A stretch of DNA of 63,218 nt, counting the filler. It is 5 parts of 5 records of this genome, joined end to end, with 100 filler letters (N's around TTAATTAATTAA, not from the genome) between each part and the next. Parts side by side here need not be neighbours in the genome. Positions count along the whole stretch, not along the records: positions 36,996 to 51,889 come from SRR31156797_9749; 4 more parts are not named here. One strand, 5' to 3'. Below the pieces are notes generated by a model. That model searched no databases. It was not told where the DNA came from and saw only the letters and a program-made list of their open reading frames with translations. The stretch's first letter is position 1, and each line of letters begins with the position of its first letter. The translations under genes and the position numbers were made by a program. Below, piece by piece: positions 40,511-50,684 of the stretch.

Positions 40511-41503
40511 ATGGATAAGCACATCAGATACCGCCGTCAAAATGGTTTCAGCACGTCCTCCAAGAATTGTATTATTACGCCGAAGCTTGGGGATTTTGAG
40601 TTATGTTGGCATTTCACCGGGGATGTGGCTACCGGGAAGATGCGCAAAATAAAGATACGTTTCGGATTTGATCTGTGGATTGTCGATTGTCTTTTCGGTC
40701 GAGACGTGATTTTTTCATCGGACGATATTTCTCCGTCCCTTTCTTTCAACTTTTATTTGGCCGGAGCCTCAACGTCGACAATGGGACCGTCGAAAACCTC
40801 CTTTGAATTGAAGGGCGGCCAACAAGGGCTTTGGTATTCCTCCGAATCGAGTGGAAGCAATCGCATAGAATCCGGAATCCGGCTCCGTTTCGTTGCCATG
40901 GAACTCAGCCTTGACCGCTTATTCTCATACTTCGAAGATGATAGGCATCATTTGCCTATGGTTTTACGGAAAATCATAGAACGAAAGGGCGGCGATTGCG
41001 GTTTTTGTCATATCCAAAACATTACACCGGCCATGCAAATCGCACTGTATCAGATAGTGAACTGCCCTTACCGCGGCGCAGTCCGCAAACTCTTCTTTGA
41101 AAGCCGTGCCCTGGAGCTTATCGCCTACCAACTGAATCAAATTTCGGAAGCGGAACCGTCCGGAACAATACCCCGGATTATTAATCCCGACGACAGAAAA
41201 AATACCGAATTTGCGAAAAGTGTATTGTTGCGGGATATGGAAAATCCACCGAGTCTGAAAGAGCTTGCCTCGGCCGCCGGCATGTCTCATCCTAAATTGA
41301 ATCACTGCTTCCGGCGGGTATACGGCATGACCGCCTTCCAGTACCTGAGAGAGGCGCGGCTTAACCGGGCCAGGGAGATGTTGGAGAGACAGAGGTTAAG
41401 CGTCACCGAAACCGCCTACGCCGTCGGGTACGACAGTATCAGCCATTTTTCCCAGGCCTATAAAAAACATTTTGGGATATCGCCTGGTATCTACTTGAAA
41501 TAA
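40511..41503 (+). CDS. AraC-family regulator, PchR/YbtA-like
   Basis: CPY...KLFFESRALEL, PPSLKELA...KLNHCFRRVYG and YAVGY...HFS...KKHFGISP. Confidence 0.9.
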   Translation: MDKHIRYRRQNGFSTSSKNCIITPKLGDFELCWHFTGDVATGKMRKIKIRFGFDLWIVDCLFGRDVIFSSDDISPSLSFNFYLAGASTSTMGPSKTSFELKGGQQGLWYSSESSGSNRIESGIRLRFVAMELSLDRLFSYFEDDRHHLPMVLRKIIERKGGDCGFCHIQNITPAMQIALYQIVNCPYRGAVRKLFFESRALELIAYQLNQISEAEPSGTIPRIINPDDRKNTEFAKSVLLRDMENPPSLKELASAAGMSHPKLNHCFRRVYGMTAFQYLREARLNRAREMLERQRLSVTETAYAVGYDSISHFSQAYKKHFGISPGIYLK

Positions 41504-41836
41504 AAAGCAGTATAGTTTCCATCTTCCGACAGTTGTTTTCATGATTGTCCTGGTTTTGCGCCGATTTTTTTTCCGTCTCTTATTCCCCCCTTCAATTTCA
41601 GCAACCAAATGCGATTTGAATCCGAACATCAATTCCGTCGTTGGCTGCCGGGAGGGAAAATGGACCGGAAGCCTGCGCATCAGTCCCTGCCGATAAATGA
41701 ACAACGCCGGAAAAGACTCGAAAAGCCCTGATTTTCGCCGATCGACAAAGTTTATTCTCGAATCGATAGCCTCTTTTTTAACGGAATGCTATTAAAGGCA
41801 TCTATTTCGCTTAGAGAGCACAAATTATATTATAAA

Positions 41837-41854
41837 CTTAGATAATTATTTAAG
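41837..41854. promoter_or_regulatory. AT-rich palindromic operator upstream of the TonB receptor (Fur-like candidate)
   Basis: CTTAGATAATTATTTAAG is a near-perfect inverted repeat containing GATAAT, 43 nt before the start codon. Confidence 0.4.
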
Positions 41855-41896
41855 GTGTCGAATTGTCTTGCGATCATGAATATAGGAGGCGAAAAG

Positions 41897-43924
41897 ATGT
41901 TAGGTCTTAAGTGGCGGCAGGGTCTTTTGATGGGAATTCTGGTGTTCTTTTGTTTGTCGCAGGTTTGGGCCGAGGAACCCGTCGCTCTGGAGGGCATGAC
42001 CGTAACCGCCAATAAGGTGGAAGAAGACGTGCAGGAGGTTCCGGCCGGCACAACCGTTTTCAGTGGAAAAACGGTCGAAGATCTGCAAATTGAATCCATT
42101 TCGGATGTGGCGGACTATAGCCCCAATTTTATGGTGTATGAAATGGGGACATCAATGTCCGCTGCGCCTTCCATGCGGGGTCTGCTTGCGGACATCCATT
42201 CCCACTCCGTCACCGTGGGCATGTATGTGGACGGGGTTCCCATACTTGACGGTACGGGATATGTTCAGGAGATGATTGATATTGAAAGAATCGAAGTGCT
42301 TAGAGGACCTCAAGGCACCCTATACGGCAAGAGTGCGGAGGCGGGGATTGTAAACATCATAAGTCGTCGGCCCGGCAATACTTTTTCAGGCAACATTACC
42401 GGAGAGGCGGGCATTAACAATAAACGGAGGGTTGCCGTGAACCTTTCGGGCCCCATAAAAAAAGATACGCTGTATCTGGGGGTATCGGCGCTTCGTGATC
42501 AAAAAGACGGTTGGGTGGAGAGAATAACTTCCGGCTCAACCGTTGATGATGTGGCACGCAGTTATGGAACCGCGACCTTGAGATATACGCCAATGGAGGC
42601 ACTCGATATTGTCCTGAAGGGAACTTATCTAAAATTTGATGACGAACAGCCCCATATGAACCTGACGCCCATGTCCGCGGCCATGTACGGGCTTTCCGCG
42701 CCGGAGAACAGGAAAACGGATCCTACCTTTAAGGGGCATAACAAATCGGATATCGCTTCAGGATCCCTGAGAATCAACTGGGATCTTACGGAAAGCCTGA
42801 AGCTGACGTCAACCACCACCTACCGCAAGCTGGAGTTCAACATGGCTGCGGATTATGATTTTTATCGGCCCACATATCTCCATTGGTATAATAATGGGAA
42901 CCAGTCCGCTTTTTCCCAAGAAATCCGGGCCAGTCAATCCCTGGGGGCCGTCAAATGGGTCGCCGGCATCTACGGCGATAAAGACAAGCTTTTTTCCAAC
43001 AACCGTATTGATTCCGTTATCCCCGGCCAGGCCAGGGACACGCAGGATAATCTCAATGGAAAGTCGATTTCGGGTTTTGGCCATGCCAGTGTTCCCATTG
43101 GATACAACTTTTCCATCCTGGGCGGTCTTCGGTACGACTACCAGGAAAAAGACTTTGAATCTACGCAATTTGCCATTTCACTTGAGAATCACTGGGATGA
43201 ATTTTCCCCAAAAATCGGCGTTGAGTACCAAATCAATCCCACCTCAATGACCTATTTCACAGCTTCCAAGGGTTACCTTTCAGGCGGATTCAACCCCTAT
43301 GCCGATCAGGTGGAATATTTGACCTATGACGAAGAAAAACTCTGGTCCTATGAGATCGGAAACAAGAACACCTTTTTCAGCAACAGGCTGATTCTGGATT
43401 GTGCCGTCTATTACATGAATATTCACAATGTGCAGGTGCAGGAAAGGCTGACTGCCGCACGGACCTATACGACCAATGCCGCCAAGGCAACGGGTAAAGG
43501 TTTTGAAATTTCGCTTTCCGCCATCCCCTTAAGAGGGCTGACCCTTAAAACAGGATTCGGCTACAGCGACCTGGAGTTCGATGAATTCAAAGATGCCGCC
43601 GGTGATTACAAAGGAAACAAAAAACCTTACGCCCCTGAATATTCTTTTAATGTTGTCGCCCAGTACAGAAGCATGGCCGGTTTTTATTGCGAGGCGGCGG
43701 TTATCGGTTACGGGGCCATGTATACGGACAAGGCGAATGAATATGAACGGGATCCCTATCAACTGGTGAATGCAAAAATCGGTTATGAAACGGAAAGATT
43801 TGACGCTTATTTGTACGGGAAAAACATTTTCGACGCAACATATGATTCCGTTTACGGCGAAGGTTTTTACGTGAACTACAGCGAACCCGCCGAGGCGGGT
43901 GTGGCGTTGACATACCGATTTTAG
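41897..43924 (+). CDS. TonB-dependent outer-membrane receptor (FyuA/pesticin receptor-like)
   Basis: Signal peptide, TonB box (MTVTAN), plug motif IERIEVLRGPQGTLYG and terminal YRF. Start follows a GGAGG RBS. Confidence 0.93.
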   Translation: MLGLKWRQGLLMGILVFFCLSQVWAEEPVALEGMTVTANKVEEDVQEVPAGTTVFSGKTVEDLQIESISDVADYSPNFMVYEMGTSMSAAPSMRGLLADIHSHSVTVGMYVDGVPILDGTGYVQEMIDIERIEVLRGPQGTLYGKSAEAGIVNIISRRPGNTFSGNITGEAGINNKRRVAVNLSGPIKKDTLYLGVSALRDQKDGWVERITSGSTVDDVARSYGTATLRYTPMEALDIVLKGTYLKFDDEQPHMNLTPMSAAMYGLSAPENRKTDPTFKGHNKSDIASGSLRINWDLTESLKLTSTTTYRKLEFNMAADYDFYRPTYLHWYNNGNQSAFSQEIRASQSLGAVKWVAGIYGDKDKLFSNNRIDSVIPGQARDTQDNLNGKSISGFGHASVPIGYNFSILGGLRYDYQEKDFESTQFAISLENHWDEFSPKIGVEYQINPTSMTYFTASKGYLSGGFNPYADQVEYLTYDEEKLWSYEIGNKNTFFSNRLILDCAVYYMNIHNVQVQERLTAARTYTTNAAKATGKGFEISLSAIPLRGLTLKTGFGYSDLEFDEFKDAAGDYKGNKKPYAPEYSFNVVAQYRSMAGFYCEAAVIGYGAMYTDKANEYERDPYQLVNAKIGYETERFDAYLYGKNIFDATYDSVYGEGFYVNYSEPAEAGVALTYRF

Positions 43925-44037
43925 GGAACTGGAAAACAAGGTCTGTTCATCATTCACACGGATCATCCGGGGCGTTTGATAATGTCACGCGGGTTCCCTT
44001 CAGGCGTATCTTTCGTGTCAAGGAGAGGAGTATTTTT

Positions 44038-44859
44038 TTGGGCAATCTTTTACAAAAACCGAACCGCCAAAAGGCGACGTTTCTATTTGCAGCGATAATG
44101 CTGTGTTGTTTTACCCTGTTTGGCTCTCCATCGCATGCCCTTGCGGAAAAAAAACCCGCCGGCCCGGGAGGAGACGCCGTTCTGAAACCGATTTCAAAAA
44201 GCATGGATATTCAACGGAAAACCCAAAAGAGGGAGGCGGGATGGACACAAGAAAAAACCGAACTGCTCGCCATACTGTCGGAGCTTGGGGCAAGGAAGAA
44301 ATATCTTGAAAAAAATTTAAACAAAACCCAAAGCCTCCTTGCCCTTGAAACGGAAAAAAATGAGGCGTATCTGCGTAAACAACAGGAGACCGACCGCATT
44401 AAAGAGGGGTTGATGTCATATCTCGAATCGGTGGTGAAAAGTCTTAAGGCCCATATTCATTCCGACATGCCTTTTTTGATGGAGGAGCGGAAGGCAAGGA
44501 TCGCCTCGCTTGATAAGATGCTTGTTGATCCATCCGAATCGGCTGCGGAACAATTCAGGCGGGTGTTCGAGGCGCTCCAGATCGAGACGGAGTACGGCAG
44601 CACCGTTGAGGTTTTGCAAAAGGAGATTGACCTTGAGGGCGGGCCGGTGCTTGTGGATGTTTTCCGGTTGGGGCGTATTTCCCTGTTTTTCCTCTCCATT
44701 GACGGGAACAGGTCCGGCTGGTTTGATTGCGTGGATAAAAAATGGCGATGTTTCCCAAAAAAGATGAGGGATGCCATGGAAAAAGCGGTGGCCATGGCCA
44801 AACTGGAAAGAAGTGTGGATTTTGTAAAACTGCCCCTGGGGAGGATCGTAAAGCCATGA
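44038..44859 (+). CDS. DUF3450-family periplasmic protein (TtpB-like)
   Basis: Signal peptide, coiled coil, DMPFL..ER, EQFRRVFEALQIETEYG and FRLGR. The exact start is uncertain. Confidence 0.85.
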   Translation: MGNLLQKPNRQKATFLFAAIMLCCFTLFGSPSHALAEKKPAGPGGDAVLKPISKSMDIQRKTQKREAGWTQEKTELLAILSELGARKKYLEKNLNKTQSLLALETEKNEAYLRKQQETDRIKEGLMSYLESVVKSLKAHIHSDMPFLMEERKARIASLDKMLVDPSESAAEQFRRVFEALQIETEYGSTVEVLQKEIDLEGGPVLVDVFRLGRISLFFLSIDGNRSGWFDCVDKKWRCFPKKMRDAMEKAVAMAKLERSVDFVKLPLGRIVKP

Positions 44860-46241
44860 AAGTTTGTATTGCGTTGCTCATATTCGTTTTCTCTTTTTCC
44901 CTTCCACTTCATGCGATGGATATGAGAGAGGCATCCGTAATCGCACGCCGGGAGCTCAAACAGGCCATGGCAAGGGAACAGGAGAGAACGGTCCATATCA
45001 ACAAAAGTAAAGCGGATTTGACGGCGGAAATTTCAAGGATAAAATCGGAAAACGCAAAGTTGGAGCATGATATCGAGGTCGTTGAAAAAAAGATTGCCAT
45101 TTTACAGGAGTCCAATTCCGAACTCCTTGAAAAGACGTCCGACGACGCCTCTTCCATGGAAGAGCTTGCCGGCGCCGTCCGCATTGCCGGCGGCAATCTG
45201 AAGGCCGTTTTATCCGCATCCATGGCAACCGCATGGCGGCCCGGGCGTCTGGATCGCCTCGAACCTATCCTGAATGATAAACGTTTTCCGGGAATTGACG
45301 ATATGAAGGTCATTTCGGATCTCTTTTTGGAAGAGAGTGCTTTGTCCGGGGAAATTGAGTTGAAAGAGGGTCCTTTCATATCGGATTCAGGGGAACGTGA
45401 AACGGGTGAAATTTTGACCATGGGTGGCTTTACAGCCGCCTATCGCAAAGGGGGCAAAACCGGTTTTCTTAACTACTCGCCGGAGAGCCGGAAGTTCTAT
45501 GCTTTGTCGGCGCTGCCGTCCTGGCATATGCGCAAAAATTTAAACCGGTATATGGATGGTGATGGGGATGCCGTTTACATCGATATCTCCAGGGGCGGCG
45601 CCCTGCGGCAGGTGACCCACAAACAAAGTCTGGCGGATCAGGTCCGGTCCGGAGGGCTTCTGGTCTGGCCCATCCTGGCTATGGGCGTGCTGGCACTGTT
45701 CATTGCCGTTGAAAGGGTCTTTTTTCTGAGAAGGGTTCATGCGAATACGGATAAGGTGATGGGCAAGGTGAACCGCCTTGCGGCCCGGGGCAAATGGCAG
45801 GAATGCGACAAAATAGTTGGAAATGAGAAAAAAGTACCTGTTTTCAATGTTTTAAGGGCCGGACTCGGGGGGAGGTCCGAAGGCCGTGAAACCCTTGAGA
45901 GCATCCTTCAGGAGTCAATTTTAAAAGAATTGCCCAGGCTTGAACGGTTTCTCCCCATGCTGAACATCATGGGGGCCATCGCGCCTCTCATGGGATTGCT
46001 CGGCACGGTGACGGGCATGATCAGCACATTTCATGTGATTACCCTCTATGGCACGGGCGACCCCAAAATGATGTCCGGGGGAATTTCAACGGCGCTTGTG
46101 ACGACCATGCTGGGGCTTGCCGTCGCCATTCCCATCATGCTTACCTACACGTTTCTGTGCCGCAGGGTGGAACACGTCATCGGCGACATGGAGGAGAAGG
46201 CCGTGGCACTAACGAATATCATCTACAGGGAGGCCCGGTAG
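44856..46241 (+). CDS. TtpC-like large MotA/TolQ/ExbB protein
   Basis: ATGA overlap, signal peptide, periplasmic coiled coil, IDISRG and a C-terminal ExbB domain (APLMGLLGTVTGMI, GGISTALVTT). Confidence 0.9.
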   Translation: MKVCIALLIFVFSFSLPLHAMDMREASVIARRELKQAMAREQERTVHINKSKADLTAEISRIKSENAKLEHDIEVVEKKIAILQESNSELLEKTSDDASSMEELAGAVRIAGGNLKAVLSASMATAWRPGRLDRLEPILNDKRFPGIDDMKVISDLFLEESALSGEIELKEGPFISDSGERETGEILTMGGFTAAYRKGGKTGFLNYSPESRKFYALSALPSWHMRKNLNRYMDGDGDAVYIDISRGGALRQVTHKQSLADQVRSGGLLVWPILAMGVLALFIAVERVFFLRRVHANTDKVMGKVNRLAARGKWQECDKIVGNEKKVPVFNVLRAGLGGRSEGRETLESILQESILKELPRLERFLPMLNIMGAIAPLMGLLGTVTGMISTFHVITLYGTGDPKMMSGGISTALVTTMLGLAVAIPIMLTYTFLCRRVEHVIGDMEEKAVALTNIIYREAR

Positions 46242-46246
46242 AGACA

Positions 46247-46840
46247 ATGGATGCGGTGAGGCAGATCTTTAATTATCTGAGCCAGGGCGGCGCGGTCATG
46301 ATTCCTCTGGTTTTATGTTCCTGCGTCATGTGGACATTGATTCTGGAACGGGTGATTTATTTTTACCGTTTGGAAAGAAGGGATCTTCCATTTTACAGGA
46401 TGCTTCAAGCCTTCAAAGAGGGCGTCGTTCCGGATGCCCTTGACGGGATAAGAGTTTTCTTGGTGAGAAACATCCTTGAAAACAGGACGGGCGATCCGGA
46501 ACTGGACGGGCGACTCATCGAAGCGTGCGCCATGTCCATACGCCCCCGGCTTACCCGCTTTTTATCCGTTATCGCCGTGCTTGCCGCCGTCGCTCCGCTT
46601 TTCGGTCTTTTGGGTACGGTAACCGGAATGATTACGACCTTTAACGTGATTACCCTTTTCGGAACGGGGAACGCCAGGGCAATGGCCGGGGGCATATCCG
46701 AGGCCCTGGTTACGACCCAGAGCGGGCTCATGGTCTCCATCCCCGGCCTTTTCATGAGCGTGATGCTTTGGAGGAGAGCCTTCGGGGTGGAAAAACGTCT
46801 TCAGGAGGCGACAATGATGCTTAAAAGGAGCCTGAAATGA
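46247..46840 (+). CDS. exbB: ExbB (MotA/TolQ/ExbB proton channel)
   Basis: APLFGLLGTVTGMI and AGGISEALVTTQ. Confidence 0.9.
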   Translation: MDAVRQIFNYLSQGGAVMIPLVLCSCVMWTLILERVIYFYRLERRDLPFYRMLQAFKEGVVPDALDGIRVFLVRNILENRTGDPELDGRLIEACAMSIRPRLTRFLSVIAVLAAVAPLFGLLGTVTGMITTFNVITLFGTGNARAMAGGISEALVTTQSGLMVSIPGLFMSVMLWRRAFGVEKRLQEATMMLKRSLK

Positions 46841-47259
46841 TCAACGTCAGAGGTTCCGTTCGAATGAAACTCCGGGAGGCGGAGATCAATATGTCCCCGC
46901 TCATCGACCTGGTGTTTCTCCTGCTCATCTTTTTTATGGTAACCACGAGTTTTGTGAGGGAAACGGGGATCGACGTCCGGCGGCCGACCGCATCCACAGC
47001 GGCATTGGTGGAGAAAGGCAATATCCTCATTGCCGTTTCAAATGACGGTGAGATCTTTTTTGAGGGCAAAAAAATTGATGTCAGGAGTGTGCGCTCCCAT
47101 ATCGTTAGGGCCATTTCCCAGAATCCCGAGGGGGCCGTGGTGGTTGTGGCCGACAAGATAAGCTACACCGGAATGGTGATCCGGGTGATGGATCAGTGCC
47201 GTCTGGCCGGCGCCAAAAGGGTCAGCATTGCCGCTTCCAAGGATAGTGGAAAATCATGA
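46837..47259 (+). CDS. exbD: Biopolymer transport protein ExbD
   Basis: INMSPLIDLVFLLLIFFMVT. Confidence 0.93.
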   Translation: MINVRGSVRMKLREAEINMSPLIDLVFLLLIFFMVTTSFVRETGIDVRRPTASTAALVEKGNILIAVSNDGEIFFEGKKIDVRSVRSHIVRAISQNPEGAVVVVADKISYTGMVIRVMDQCRLAGAKRVSIAASKDSGKS

Positions 47260-47951
47260 GGGCGCCCCTTGTCTTTCGATCTTTTCTTGCATGGGGCTTT
47301 GCGGGGGCCCTTGCGGTCAATGGCGCCATGTTTTGTTTGCTTCCGGGGCTTGTGGGCGTCGAGGGCGAAAAAAACGACCTTGAAAGTCTGAATACCGTCC
47401 ACATGGCAAAGATGAAGCCGAAGCCCCCGGCGCCTAAGAAAAAAGAGGCGCCAAAAAAGAAAAAACCCGAAAAAAAACCTGAAAAGGTTTTTAAGATGAA
47501 CACTTCAAAACCCCGGAAGGCGAAGCCGAAACGTCTTAAGATGCCCATGCCGGCAATGGATCTTGATATCGACCCGCGCATTTCGGGAGGCATCCCCATG
47601 GTTGCACCCCCTTCGCCCGAGCCTGTTCTCGAACCCGGTCCCAATTTTGACGCCGTTATGGGGGAAGACGAGCTTGATACGATCCCCATTCCAAACTACA
47701 AGAGCGTCCCCAGATACCCATATCAGGCCAAGCGGATGGGCCTTGAGGGGGAGGTCAAAATAAAATTTCTGGTGGATAAGGAGGGGAGGGTCTCAAACGT
47801 TACGATCCTTTCGGCGGATCCTCCGGAAATTTTCAACCAAAGCGTGATCGATGCCGTATCCACATGGAAATATTCTCCGGGTGAACTGATGGGCAGACAG
47901 GTCGCCACCCTTGTTACCACAACTGTTTATTTCAAAATGGAGGGGCGATAA
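47256..47951 (+). CDS. tonB: Energy transducer TonB
   Basis: N-terminal TM, Lys/Pro-rich spacer and C-terminal domain (PRYP...GLEGEV...F.VD..G.V...WKY.P). Confidence 0.92.
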   Translation: MRAPLVFRSFLAWGFAGALAVNGAMFCLLPGLVGVEGEKNDLESLNTVHMAKMKPKPPAPKKKEAPKKKKPEKKPEKVFKMNTSKPRKAKPKRLKMPMPAMDLDIDPRISGGIPMVAPPSPEPVLEPGPNFDAVMGEDELDTIPIPNYKSVPRYPYQAKRMGLEGEVKIKFLVDKEGRVSNVTILSADPPEIFNQSVIDAVSTWKYSPGELMGRQVATLVTTTVYFKMEGR

Positions 47952-49148
47952 ATGACGGACATGTTGATAAAAAAGCGGGCGTGGTGCATTTCGTTTTTTC
48001 TGTTACTGTCCATGGCCGGCGTTGTTAACGCCTCTTCCGGTGAAGAAGACCTGAGTCGCAACGCACGGGTTGCCCTGGTGGAAGCCCGGAAACACATGGA
48101 GGCAAAACAGCATGCCGAAGCGCGAAAGGTTCTTCTGGGTTTTGTTGAAAAATGCCCTAGAGAAAATCATCATTACGTGGAATTTACACTGGCGGGGCTT
48201 TACTATGATGAGAATCGGCAACCGGAGGCCCTTGAGCATTACCGGAAGACCGTTGCGCTATGTCCCTCCTATGGTCCGGGGTGGCAGAATTTAGGGAAAA
48301 TCTGTTTTGACCATCGGAAATTTTCGGAAGCCGCCCGGGCCATGGAGAAAGCCTATGAAATCGGCGGGCGTAAAAAACCGATACTGCGGTTCCATGCCGC
48401 CGTGGCCCATATTTCCGCAAAGGCGCCGCGAAAAGCTTTTTCCCACATGCTGTTTCTCACATCGGGAAAGGCCGGAAAACCCGCCGTAAACTGGGTGAAG
48501 GTGCTTGCAAACCTATCCCTGGAACTGAAATGCCCCGCCAAGGCCCTTAAGACCATTTTAAGACTGATCAAGGCGCCGGCGCCCGATCCGGTGTTGTGGC
48601 GCCTTGCAGCCACCCTTTACCTGGAGCAGAAAAAATACCGGCGGGCCACCGAGTTTCTGGCGGCTTATGCGGTTTTGAAGCCGCTCTCCATCAGCGAAAT
48701 GAGGCTTATGGCCGATCTCTACAGCCAGTTGGATATCCCTTATGAGGCGGCCCGGTGGTATGAACGGGCCATCCGAAAAAGACCCGGAAAAGCACTGTAT
48801 AAACGGCTGGTCTCTTCATGGAGAGAGGCCTGTTGTCCGGACAGGGCCTTTTCCGCCGTGGAAAAGGGATTGCTGAAATATCCGGATTGCCACGGTCTCT
48901 GGAAGATGAAGGGATGGATTTGCTACGATGCCGGTGACTTTGAAAAGGCATCCGCCGCTTTTTCAAAGGCCAATGGGTTGAACGCAAAAGATATGAAGTC
49001 CCTGTTCATGTCGGGGCTTTGCGCCGGCAGGGCCGGACGAACGGATGTTGCCCTGAAGGCCTTGAAGGCTGTGGAGAAATGCCCCGAGTATAAGAACCGG
49101 GCACGGGCGTTGATGCGGGATTTGGCCCAAAATTCAAAACATTCATGA
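47952..49148 (+). CDS. Periplasmic TPR protein (TtpD-like)
   Basis: Signal peptide and multiple TPR-like repeats; last gene of the Ttp-type TonB cassette. Confidence 0.8.
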   Translation: MTDMLIKKRAWCISFFLLLSMAGVVNASSGEEDLSRNARVALVEARKHMEAKQHAEARKVLLGFVEKCPRENHHYVEFTLAGLYYDENRQPEALEHYRKTVALCPSYGPGWQNLGKICFDHRKFSEAARAMEKAYEIGGRKKPILRFHAAVAHISAKAPRKAFSHMLFLTSGKAGKPAVNWVKVLANLSLELKCPAKALKTILRLIKAPAPDPVLWRLAATLYLEQKKYRRATEFLAAYAVLKPLSISEMRLMADLYSQLDIPYEAARWYERAIRKRPGKALYKRLVSSWREACCPDRAFSAVEKGLLKYPDCHGLWKMKGWICYDAGDFEKASAAFSKANGLNAKDMKSLFMSGLCAGRAGRTDVALKALKAVEKCPEYKNRARALMRDLAQNSKHS

Positions 49149-49209
49149 GGCTTTCCATAATGGATGGTCGGCCCAATCCCTTTTGACAATTTTTAATAAG
49201 GAGGTGAAA

Positions 49210-49539
49210 TTGAAACATTGCATTAAAACAACATTTTTCTTGATTGCGGTTGTTTTTCTTCTCACGATCGCGTCCCAGGGTTTTGCCCATACCTTGTACA
49301 TGACGGTGTCCGACAACGAAGACGGCACCGTCACCGTCAGCGGCATGTTCTCAACAGGCGCTACGGCTGCGGGGCTCCCCCTCTATCTGGAGGACGGGCA
49401 GGGAAAAATCATAAAAAAGATGAAAATGGACGACGATGGGGAGACTACATTTAAAAAACCGGGATTGCCCTATACCATCTTTTTGGATGGCGGTCCCGGT
49501 CATACGGTGCGAGAGGAGGGACCCGTCGGGAAGAATTAA
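49210..49539 (+). CDS. Small secreted protein whose mature form is predicted to begin with His (metal-uptake accessory)
   Basis: AAGGAGG RBS and TTG start, signal peptide ending GFA-H, and a GGPGH motif. Confidence 0.7.
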   Translation: MKHCIKTTFFLIAVVFLLTIASQGFAHTLYMTVSDNEDGTVTVSGMFSTGATAAGLPLYLEDGQGKIIKKMKMDDDGETTFKKPGLPYTIFLDGGPGHTVREEGPVGKN

Positions 49540-49625
49540 TCCGAATAATCGATGATGCAGTATGCCGGACGGAATTTCGTGCGGCATACACTTAATTGAA
49601 AGCTAAACTCAAAAGGAGATTTGAA

Positions 49626-50519
49626 ATGAAAAAAATATTTACGGTAATGCCGGCGTTGATCCTGACTCTTTTATTTTCAACCAATGTTTTCGCCCACTCA
49701 CTGTGGGTGAATCTGAATGAATCCTTTACCCATCCCCCGGGGCACTTCATGGTCTCCCTGGGTTGGGGGCATGTCGTTCCCATGGATGATTTTCTGATGT
49801 CCGAAGCAGGGACCGTGGCCATTGAAAGCTACGATCTTGTGGGGCCGGACAACAGTATCTCCCCTATTCCCCTCCCTGTCCTTAAGAAGGAAAAAACCGT
49901 CAAGTCCAAAACGGGGATGGACATTTTACCGGGCAATCTCGGGATCAGAAAAATTTCTTTGACAAAAGATACCCAACCGGGGACCTATCAAGTTGTGGTG
50001 GCATCAAAGGCAAATTTTTTTACCGGATACGTTGACAAAAACGGCAAGGCGAAGATGACGACAAAGCCCATGGATGAAATCAGGGGCGCAAAGCGGTTCA
50101 ATTTCAGCGTTCGCTACAAGGCCGTCGGAAAAGCCTTCACGGGGATAAAAAAATGGACGAAGCCCATGCCTTCCGGCCATGATCTGGAACTCATGCCCAC
50201 CTGCGATTTAAGCGATGTCCACGTCGGTGATCTCATCACCTTTGAAGCTTCACTTAAGGGGAAAAAACTCAACTGCGACACGGACGGCATGAATTATCTT
50301 TTTGCCACCAGTAATACCTACGGCGGTCCGGACAAGTTCATGCTTGCATCATACATCATGGACGGGAAGGCCCAGATACGGGTCCCCACCGCGGGGGAGT
50401 GGGTGATCAGCGTTCTGGTGGGAAAGAAGGTGTCCCCTGAAAACGAGCTGAAGGATCTTGTGGGAAAATGTCAGTCCGTCTATTATAATTCGGCCATCAG
50501 CCTGACGGTGAAACCGTAG
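49626..50519 (+). CDS. DUF4198-family periplasmic protein (Ni/Co uptake associated)
   Basis: Signal peptide ending VFA-HSLW, GWGH, GHDLELMP and GKAQI...G.W motifs. Confidence 0.75.
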   Translation: MKKIFTVMPALILTLLFSTNVFAHSLWVNLNESFTHPPGHFMVSLGWGHVVPMDDFLMSEAGTVAIESYDLVGPDNSISPIPLPVLKKEKTVKSKTGMDILPGNLGIRKISLTKDTQPGTYQVVVASKANFFTGYVDKNGKAKMTTKPMDEIRGAKRFNFSVRYKAVGKAFTGIKKWTKPMPSGHDLELMPTCDLSDVHVGDLITFEASLKGKKLNCDTDGMNYLFATSNTYGGPDKFMLASYIMDGKAQIRVPTAGEWVISVLVGKKVSPENELKDLVGKCQSVYYNSAISLTVKP

Positions 50520-50543
50520 CGGTTATTTTTTTTACTTTTAGGA

Positions 50544-50665
50544 TGATGTGCTCGTAAAAAGTCTGATTTGAAAATTTCGTACTTATCATATTGGGTTATA
50601 TCGTTGAATGATGTGCTATATATGGTATTTAAAGATCCAGATTTTGACTTTTTACGGGGCCATCA
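50544..50665. mobile_element. 122-bp MITE-like element with 20-bp terminal inverted repeats
   Basis: Left end TGATGTGCTCGTAAAAAGTC (50544-50563) and right end GACTTTTTACGGGGCCATCA (50646-50665) match at 17/20 as inverted repeats. The core is AT-rich and non-coding. Confidence 0.7.
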
Positions 50666-50684
50666 ATATTTAGAAGGAGCCAAA

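Noticed and set aside
50568-50684. 39-aa N-terminal extension of the last methyltransferase
   Set aside because: Runs through the MITE-like element. The RBS and paralog alignment support ATG 50685.
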